Shown here: positions 50,629 through 59,896 of the stretch, one piece after another
Numbering within the stretch: the stretch's first letter is position 1
Layout: each line of letters begins with the position of its first letter
Source of the DNA: Antedon mediterranea
Taxonomy: Eukaryota > Animalia > Echinodermata
Reading direction: 5' to 3'
Assembly (NCBI RefSeq): GCF_964355755.1
Contig: NC_092675.1
Location: forward strand, 18,634,912 to 18,698,911
Length of the DNA: 64,000 nt
Translations under genes and position numbers: made by a program
The notes under the pieces: generated by a model
Database searches by the model: none
Seen by the model: only the letters and a program-made list of their open reading frames with translations
Told to the model about the DNA's origin: nothing

Positions 50629-53600
50629 CAGTCGGAGAGCCGCGTTGGGAAATATGACCGTTATCGCGAAATTTTCGACTTCGCATGACGTCATTAATTT
50701 TAGAAGCCCTCTCTCGGCACAGAGGCATCAACGTTTCGCGCGAAAACATTAGCATAAAGTATACGTCATTTTATAGCTGTTTAATAAACATTAATAGGCG
50801 AAAAATTAACCATATATGGTAAGATCAGTTCCTTATATGTTTAAGATGTCGCAGGTCACCTAATTTTCGGAATAATTTGTTGGATTTGTTGTCAGTGACA
50901 GTTTCTTTCCAAAGTTCGTGTGCAGCCGTCAAAGCTGAAGTTTTCTAACTTGCGTTTGTTTACAAATTTTCCATTAGTGGGATTTGCATCCCATACAGTG
51001 AATTACCAAAAAATCGGCGTATATGGATAGAGTAAGTATCAATAGTCTGTTTTACGTTAAAATTGGCTTGAAACCCTATTTAAGCTTCTTACAGCGAAAA
51101 TTTTAAAAAAGGTCCTCATTTCACATAATTGTTACGTCTCGCGGCACTATTTCCGTCGTGTGTGGTGCATGGTGTGTTGATTGGGGTTGTTGCAGGTGTG
51201 GGTGTGTGCACGACCTGGTGGATCGTTGTCGTAATATCGGCCTAAAAGGCTAGCCTTAGTAACATGTTGATAATTAAAATACTTTAGTTACAATTTAGTA
51301 TTATTAAAGTTTCGTTACAATCCTACTCTATATTGAAGATGCGTTGGGAAGGTTTTAAAAAGATAATTAAGCCAATCGCAGCCTGACATATAGTTAAATA
51401 TCCTCATTATTGGCAACTGATGGGTACAATTTATTTACTGTATTAATAATTATACAATAAATATACAGACACAAGGAAGTTTTGTGTTTAGTGCTTTTTT
51501 ATGGTAGGCCTACAGTACAGTCATATTATCTGAATATGTTTTCAGGTTGTGGAATAATTATATAATTACAGTATTTAAGAAAATGTTTTCGTCATAGTGA
51601 CAATTATTTAAAGACCCCTTCCCTGCAATTTTGGACGTTTTTTGGAAAATAATACATATATATTACTTTAAAAACATTAAACCATGTCATTCCTTGTCTT
51701 AAATGTACGTTTTATGGTAAATTATGATAAAAAGTGAGAAACAATGCACTACCTAAGTAGCTCGCGGCGATCGACCTCTCGTGGACGGTCTCAGGCCTAG
51801 CCTAGCTAGGCTTAGTTTTGTAGGCCTAGCTGGTAAACATCGGTAACGTACGAACATCGTACGCTAGCTATATACCTAGCCTGACGTTGTATAGTTGCTG
51901 CATTAATTGTCTTTCTATTTTTGCCAGACTCCGTTGATACAAATTGGGGGAAAACCCGGTATTTTCGCTGAAAAGTTAGGAGTCTTCCATTTGTTTTGGC
52001 TTCACGATCGATCGAAAAGTGGGCGAATTACAGGTGAAAAACAACAATATCAATCCGCGCGCAATGCATTTTGGGATTTATAGCGGGCCGCTATAATTAT
52101 TAAAATCGATTTATTTTTCACATTTTTAACCGTTTAAAGACGAAATAAGTTATCGCAATAGGACCATATAGTATTATTTTTACATTAAATATAGTTTGTG
52201 ATCTTAAATTAGATCTAAAAAACGTAGGGAATGGGGCTTTAAATAGTTCTTTACATTTCAGCTATTCATTTTCATTTCAGGTTTTTTGTTGGTATCAAGA
52301 TTTTCTATCTCGTTCTTCAATATGAGGTTGGACGGTGGAAGCTGTAAAGTGGTTTTCTCGATTTCAATATCATTGCTGATAGTTTTTCATTTTATTCGCT
52401 AATATAACATATAAATTTATATTCATTTAAGTTGTAGAAGTGTTTCAGATCAGTAAATTTTTATAAAGATATAAATTAAGTTGCAATTGATTGATTGATT
52501 TACTTTATTAACCAGAGTCGCACAGATGCATACAATATAAACATAAAACAATCATAAAATCAGTTCAACAGTAAGACTCAAGTAAAAATGATATCTCAAA
52601 AAGTACATATGGTGGCATATTTTATATTTACAGTATTAGGCCTAGCTAGTTTGTTATGTCTGATGAACAAGGTGCTATTAGAAGCAAGTTTTTATATACA
52701 GTAGTTGTATTTACTATTTGTATCAGTATTGTTTGAAAGGTTGTATTTTTTCACATTCTGTATATGTATACATAAAAAGAAAAAATTGATTGCTTGTGTG
52801 AAATGTAAGTTTATCTAATAAAGTAATAGAATATTTCTGTATACAAGTGTGACATTTAGGCCTACTGCCAGATATTGATATACTGATAAGTACCAACCAA
52901 TTAACAATACTCAAGTAAATGATGGGCTAATAATTATCTTTTTTTAAAACATGGCCATATAAAAATACATGGTTGAGTCTCTCAAACAAAAGATGCCTGA
53001 TTTTATAAATAACATTCCCCACCATATTTATATATAAATTGAAAATGGGTTATTTTTTGGCAATTTGTTTTTCAATGTATTGTTTTTTAACAGTTTTTGT
53101 AATTTTTTCTGGGCCTAGGTTCTTCTTCAGGCTTCTTCTTGCTTGGTATATGAGCTGGGATAGACCTACCAGCCTAGATTATGGAATACCCAGATTATGT
53201 CTACTTCTACTCCAGCTACTATAGGCCCTATATAACACAAACTACTATCAGAATTACTGCCTAACTAGGCCTAGAAAATACTATTTTTAGGCCTAGCTAG
53301 CCTAGAAGTTAAGTAAGTAATTATAGTAGCTAGTCTAAGTAGGCCTTTCCTAGCTCAGAAACCAAATAGAACAATAATCGGGCAGCAGATTGAAACCTTA
53401 GGCCTGTGACGCAGTACGCCTGCATGAACAACCGGATTAAACAGGGACACGATTCGGTCCGGGTCGATTCGTACCAGCTTCGTAAAACGTAAACAAAGTT
53501 TCAAAATGGCGGTTTTTCGATCGTAACTGAACAGAAATGTAGTAGGTTTGGTTTGATTAGTGGGAGTTGCATCCCAAGAAAGCTAAAAATTAGATTTTTA

Positions 53601-53922
53601 TTTTAATAGATAGCTTAATAGTTTATCTTGAAAAGATTTTAAATTCTTTCAAATCATTTAAAAAAAAATATAAATAAAAAAGTTTATACACAAAATAATA
53701 ATATTTCTCGAAACAAAAAAACTGTCGAATTTAGATCACAGTTTTTATCATTATTTACGCTTGTAGTTCAACTATTGAAATACGTTTATTGATTTCATCT
53801 AATATCAAAATTATACAATTTTCAAAGTGTACTAAAATAGCAAAAATTCCAACATTTTCCACGAAGGGCGCCCTCACAATGAATGAAATCAGTGATGCGT
53901 TACCAACGCGGCTTTCCGACTG
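50629..53922. mobile_element. 3294-bp non-coding TIR DNA transposon with TATA TSD inside the PLE RT
   Basis: TIRs CAGTCGGA(G/A)AGCCGCGTTGG (19/20); TATA at 50625-50628 and 53923-53926; excision restores SPISPILANLY. Confidence 0.92.
51612..52238. mobile_element. Kolobok-type MITE, 627 bp, nested in the TATA element
   Basis: TTAA at 51608-51611 and 52239-52242; TIRs AGACCCCTTCCCTGC / AGCCCCATTCCCTAC (12/15). Confidence 0.7.
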
Positions 53923-53926
53923 TATA

Positions 53927-55069
53927 TTGGCGAACTTGTATCTATAGTGGCTCGAACATCAAGCCATAAACACGGCACCCACTAACATCAAGCCTGTGTA
54001 TTGGAAACGATACGTTGATGATGTATTAGCTATCATCCCCATAGGTACAGTACATACATTTAACACACATCTTAATAACATCGATATAACTGACAATATC
54101 AAGTTCACCACAGACTCGATGACAAACAACACAATACCTTTCCTGGACATGCTCATCACACTCAATGACAATGGAACAGTTACCACCTCAGTTTATCGGA
54201 AGCCCACTCACACAGACCAATATTTACATTTCAACTCACATCATCCACTCGAACACAAACTGGGGCTTATAAACACGCTTGTGGACAGAGCTGAGAAGGT
54301 AGTGGGAGATATGGATTTGAGGAAAGTTGAGATGGATAACATCAAGAAAGCGTTACACAACTGCCAGTATCCAGAGTGGTCCTTCCAGAGAGTTATGGAA
54401 AACCGAAAAAGAAAAAAGAACAAAGGACACGAACCACAGAAGGAAAAGATCAAGATGCGAGGTAGCATAGGAATCCCCTACGTAAAAGGAATGGCAGAAA
54501 GAATACGACGCACTCTCTCCTATCACAATGTCGGAACCTATTTCCTACCCCAAAATAAAATCAAGAATAGCCTCGTCCACCCAAAAGATAAAATCGAGAA
54601 GATGGATACATGTGGAGTAATCTACGAAGTCACCTGCCGCAACTGTCCACAAGTTTACATTGGGGAAACAGGGAGGGCATTACAAACACGAATTAATGAT
54701 CACAAAAAAGATGTTACAACAAACACGGGGGGAGTAATGACTAGGGCCTCCAGAACATCCACATCTTCGATCATACACAAATCTGCCATTACAGAACATG
54801 TCATAAAACACAATCATGTACCAAACTGGGAGGCTGCCATCTTAACCAAAGAGCCTAAACGCAAAGACAGACAGATTAGAGAATCATTACATATAAGGAG
54901 AAATAAGGAGAAGACCATGAACCGGGACACTGGAGCCCACGAACTCTCGCATTTGTACAATGGTTTGATAGACACATCACCTGGCCGAGCCCCGCACAAC
55001 CTCCAACCTACAACCGGAGGCGTACGACGTCATCAACAGATGACGTCAAGAATGACCAAGCTGCATTAA
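53927..55069 (+). pseudogene. PLE ORF 3' half (RT YVDD, thumb, GIY-YIG endonuclease)
   Basis: LANLYL*WLE (TAG 53945-53947) then WKRYVDD .. GVIYEVTCRNCPQVYIGETGR..NDH..EHVIKHNH..IRESLHI..MNRDTG. Confidence 0.92.
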
Positions 55070-55077
55070 CACTCCGC

Positions 55078-55122
55078 AGTCAGTTTGAGAAGGATCTCTG
55101 ATAGAGATCGAAACGTTCGAGT
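55078..55122 (+). ncRNA. Variant minimal type I hammerhead-ribozyme-like motif in 3' pLTR
   Basis: TTGAGAA (C3U/G8A core variant) - G - GATCTC TGATA GAGATC (perfect stem II) - GAAA - CGTT (palindromic ACGT stem III); stem I pairing is poor. Confidence 0.55.
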
Positions 55123-55810
55123 AAGTACTCCGTTAACTTGTGCTTTTACAAAAACGAAATTTGTCATCTATACAAAGTATAAAGTTTAATTAGTTTAGGA
55201 CAGGAGCGGATGCCGAAATACACACTTACACTCCTTGCAAATGAGAACCGGGATGATCAGTGCATTGAAAGGGGGTGTTGGGTTACACTGTGGCAACAAA
55301 CATAAACACTGTTACGGCGTAAAACACAGACAACTTTTGTGTTTAAAACAAAAAAATAAAACCATTATTCAAGACAATTTGATCTCAACACCAAAATCAA
55401 ACGTCCCTAATGTTAAATAAATATAAATGGATTAATAACTCATGAAATCTACATAAAAATGTTTTTTTAATAAGAAGGTAATAGCCACAATTTTAAGTAA
55501 GAATCAGTGTGTACTGTTTTGTTACTGCGGTTAAATTTTGCTTGGAAATCGAACGTTGAGCCTAGGTAACCACCGTGGACGACAACCAAGGTAAGCATGT
55601 GTATATACTGTACTGTTACCACTGTGCATCAGTTTGGTCCTATTTGATTTGAAATGTTCTCCAAATTAGTTTTAAATATTAAATTAAATTTCTAGCTCTT
55701 TTTGTTGGATAATTTACTGAATCAAGTATAGTACTGATTATACAACAATAGTTTGCGTGTTGGTACTATAATTTGGTTAAAAAGTGGATTTTTAAACACT
55801 CTGCAACTAC

Positions 55811-56371
55811 GTCGCCCTCTAACATTGTACAAAATTAATCAACAATAGAGGGCATATTTTCTTGACTATAGACAATAACAATACAGTAATACAAGTTTTA
55901 TTGGACAGGTTTTTTTTTTATAGGTTATCACAGTTATATATAAAGTTATTTATTATTATTTATGGTGATAAAGTCATGTGTATTTTGTGGTAATCTAAGC
56001 CATTAATATTCTCTAAATTACATTTTCAGGTATATTCAGAAAGTGGATGGCGCCCTCTCAATTTTAGTGGACGATTAAGGTAAATATATATTTTAAACGG
56101 TAATACTTATTAGGCCTACGTGAAACAGCAAGCATGTTATGAAGCATGTATCCACCCGCTGCAGATAGAACCAACTGGAAAATTGTCACTGCAGACCCAT
56201 CCTGAAGAGAAGGCAACTGAGGTATGTATCCATATTATTGTTTAATCTTTTTTTCTTAAATGATATTGTTAAAAATGGTAAATAATGCAAAAGATGTCAA
56301 CAAAATGTCGCCCTCTAACATTGTGAAAAACTAGTCAAAATAGAGGGCTTTTTCTTGACTACCGATGATAA
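55811..56371. repeat. Two diverged ~65-bp direct repeats (55811-55878, 56307-56371), each with a gccctcta..tagagggc inverted pair
   Basis: gtcgccctctaacattgt..tagagggc..ttttcttgacta in both. Confidence 0.8.
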
Positions 56372-57854
56372 AGATGTCTCGACTGATCCACAGGATTTTA
56401 AGATATCTTATTTTTTAGGGTCATAGCCTACGGCGGCCACACCCACAATTAAATTACGGTAACTATTTATACCGGATTCTATTATGTTGTTGCTGTTGCT
56501 GTAAGGCAATCTAACAACTTTTACGTGTGCTAACACAGTTTTATTACAATGGCAATATTGTGTAGCAATTGCGATTAAATGAATGGAAATATCAAACAAA
56601 GTATCGTACGAAAAAAAAAGTCTACAGATGGTTTTAAACGAAAACACGTTTTAGACAATTACCTCAAATTAATCAATTCAATATTCTTGCTTGTTAATTG
56701 AGGCGAATCATGCTCACATCATCAACTTGTGTTATTATGTTGCAAAATGCCAAACCGACCATGATAAACTCATAATCCCAATGCTCATGTAGTAGACTCA
56801 TTTGATTAAGTGAAGCGATTGATGTCATACATTGTCTAGTAAATACATCGGCTTTTTAATTAAATAATACTTTTGTTAAACTTACCCAACTCGTACTAAT
56901 TTTCTCAATATTGAACTAACTTATACAATCCGACAGTTGGGCCTAAAATAATTATTTTTTAATAAATATTTTTTAACGGAGAAATCATGAATGATACATG
57001 GACATATTATTTACTATACTGTAATATTACATTAAATATATGTTTGTTATATATTAACCCTCCTCATAACAACAACAATCTGTCGAAACTATACTGTATT
57101 GAAAAATTATGATTTCGAATCCTGGTCTATGTAAAGCCAAATACTAACCGTTCAACCAGAACTGGCTGCAAAAAAAACAACAGATTAATTTATGGTCATA
57201 CTTACATAGCCTCCTGTAAGGTTTTAATTTATGCCATAACTAATGTCATACATTATATATACTGTGTGCCTTAACCACGTCGTTTTAAACATAAACACAT
57301 CCCGTTAATATTTCAAAATACAATTAATACAACAAAAAGCACCGGTAAATAAAAAGATCACCGTACAGTGGGTAGGCGTCTGGGTAGAAACCATCTGTGT
57401 CGAGGTTGGAAGCGACAAAATATATATACCCGCATGCGCACAAAGAATTAACAGGACGTAGTTTGGTCGTCGGCCGTCGGTCGTCGTAACTCTTTAATAG
57501 CCACTTAATGATGCTAGGATCCAACATATTTAATGTCATCACAAAACAAAGCCCCCAAAAATCGATTGTAATAAACTTGCACATTAAACTGTAAGATTGT
57601 ATAGGTTCGGTAACAATTGCTATCGATCTAACTTTAATTGTAGTTTAGGCACACGCTCTTCCTTTTGTCGTTTTGATTTCATTAGATTAGGCAGGTGTTA
57701 AACCTTCTAGTGGCTAATTGAAAACTGGATAATACTACACAGATAATACAACCACGTGGCGCGGTATGTATGATGTTAGGTGATAAGACCAGTGTACATG
57801 CAACAGTGGGAGTGATAGGTTACATATTTTGTGTTCTGTATACTTATAAAGTCA

Positions 57855-58000
57855 GTTCAATCAATTCAATTCAATTCAATTTTTCAATTCAAGAAACATT
57901 TATTGACCAAAAATATTATATTATAACAATGGTTAGCATATAATATATATAGTCGAGAGACTACAAAACGCCCAATGGGCCTGTCGCTGTAGTCCCTGTT
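57855..58000 (-). mobile_element. LINE/SINE 3' end remnant with stem-loop and (TTGAA)n tail; similar remnant at ~5455-5575
   Basis: caattcaattcaatt tail, tttatt (AATAAA on minus), hairpin gactaca..tgtagtc. Confidence 0.45.
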
Positions 58001-58220
58001 TACATTATACAAATACTAATAATACAACACTTAATCTTTACGTACATTATATAAATGGGAAAAAAAGAATACAGTATCTTAATTAATTAATAATTAATTA
58101 GGTTAACATCTGAGGTACATTAATCTGATGGTAACATACAAATCTCAATATATATTAGCACTAAAGAATAGTTCCTATATACTAAACTACCTAGCCGATC
58201 AAAAAAGTAAATCTAGCTGG

Positions 58221-59896
58221 AAGTGTCTTAATTGAAGGAACTCTCAGCTGATAGAGAAGGGAAAATGTCACATTCCTTAACCTTTGGTCACAAATTTAGT
58301 AGTATCGGCTCTTGAAGCACGGTGTTCTAATAACTGTACATGCTATCCAACTCAACAGCAATGGATTACAGTTTTTAAGATCTGTCATTTGTCCCTGTTT
58401 GAATCTCCTATTAAAGCTTGGTTCCCACTAGAACGTAACGCAAGGACGTAAACGCAACGCAAGCGTTTTAACCAATGACAAGCGAAGTTATAGACAGTTA
58501 GCAATCACAAGCGAATAAGCCATCGCTTGTGATTGGTCAATTCACTTACGTTGCGTTACGTCCTTGCGTTGCGTCACTAGTGGGAACCACGCTTAAAGCA
58601 CTTTCAGATCGCTTGCTTTAGTTTGTTGTAAATTATAGTGAGTCTGTTTCGTAGAAAAGGTGTGTAAGTTATGTAACAATTTATAGTACAGTATAATATC
58701 TGGTACAAGTTGAACGCAGTGTTTTTTTTAAATCATTTACGCCATCAACGTGAACATACATTTTCTAATTAAATTCATAAAGCTTAATAGGATTTGAAAA
58801 TGTATTTTAATTTGAAATAAACACGGGGTTGATTAAAATTTCAATATATTTCCAGAAACATTATTATACTGATGAAAACACGATTGAGCTCCTTTGTCTA
58901 AATCTTGAATGTAATTAATAAAAAGGCTAAAGCTATACCAAATAGTAATAATGATTATGTCTTTATTATTAGTGTTAATGTTCATTGGAATTTTAATTAT
59001 TTTCATAATTATACTTATTTGATCCATTAAGCCTTCAATCACAAAAGTATTCACAACCAGAATTAATTAATTGAATGAACAAAATATTGAATAGAATTTA
59101 AATACATCTTCGTTTTGTTAAGTGCAAATTTGACGTTTTCATTAGATAGCCACATCAGTCACGTGAAAAATAGTAAGTGTAAAATCTAGCTAATCGGCCA
59201 ATAATAGGGTTGTTGAACTGACTAGATAATTAGGTTTTAAACCACAGTTTCACAAACGCACACTGACTTAAATCTCAGTCACTTGATCAAATCTGAAGTT
59301 ATTTTCAACATCTGAGAAATGCTATTCCCAAGAATCTTTGTTCTGGCGAAAAAGAATTACGACGGCGAGTTTGTGTTCTTTCTTAAAATAGAATCTGGAA
59401 AACGAAGAGGATGATAGAATACAAAGAGATTATGACATAATTTGTTTCGGTTCCTGGGATATACTTTTGGAGAGGTCATAACATTGGGTCAATAGAAAAA
59501 AACAAAACAATAAAAGATCCTTTTTTTAAAAAATATATACCTTATTTAGATAATTAATCTTTAATTAATCGATCTTTACTTTAATATACAAGAATTACAA
59601 TTTTGAGAAAGCAATCAGTGTAGTATTAGTATTATATTAGTACAGGCGTAGAGCTCCGTGGTTAGCCTAAGAGAACGGGACTTTTTTCTTTTACACAAAT
59701 TGCTTCTAAGAAAACGACGACTCGTGATGACTAAGTGAGTAAGATGTGTATACAACATTGTAAACAGTAACTAAACATTCAATGTTTAGATTTTAAAATC
59801 AAATCAACAGTACAAGGAATACAAACACACCAAAGGTTAAGGAATATGACATTTTCCCTTCTCTATCAGCTGAGAGTTCCTTCAATTAAGACACTT
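58221..59896. repeat. 67-bp inverted repeat pair (58221-58287 / 59830-59896)
   Basis: aagtgtcttaattgaaggaactctcagctgatagagaagggaaaatgtca(c/t)attccttaacctttgg, 66/67 identity. Confidence 0.9.
58415..58593. mobile_element. PIF/Harbinger-type MITE, 179 bp; decayed relatives at ~4118-4210 and ~61540-61790
   Basis: TIR agcttggttcccactag / ctagtgggaaccacgct with extended fold-back (acgcaaggacgtaa / ttacgtccttgcgt), TAA TSD. Confidence 0.88.

Larger units (their letters stand above)
48968..55176 (+). mobile_element. Full-length Penelope-like retroelement (Penelope/Poseidon-type) with inverted 5' pseudo-LTR; disrupted
   Basis: ORF with WVVNLS, ADKGRSTV, CLPKIHKPNRPLRPIV, VSFDVVCLFT, AMGSPISPILANLY, WKRYVDD, FLDMLI, VYRKPTHTDQYL and GIY-YIG GVIYEVTCRNC..YIGETGR; pLTR 54999-55176 inverted at 49000-49176; ACAAAGTATAAA at 48960-48971 and 55172-55183. 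Confidence 0.95.

Noticed and set aside
53945-53947. In-frame stop in the PLE RT as possible recoding or selenocysteine
   Set aside because: It is TAG at a position where Glu (GAG) is expected, in a copy already broken by a frameshift and an insertion
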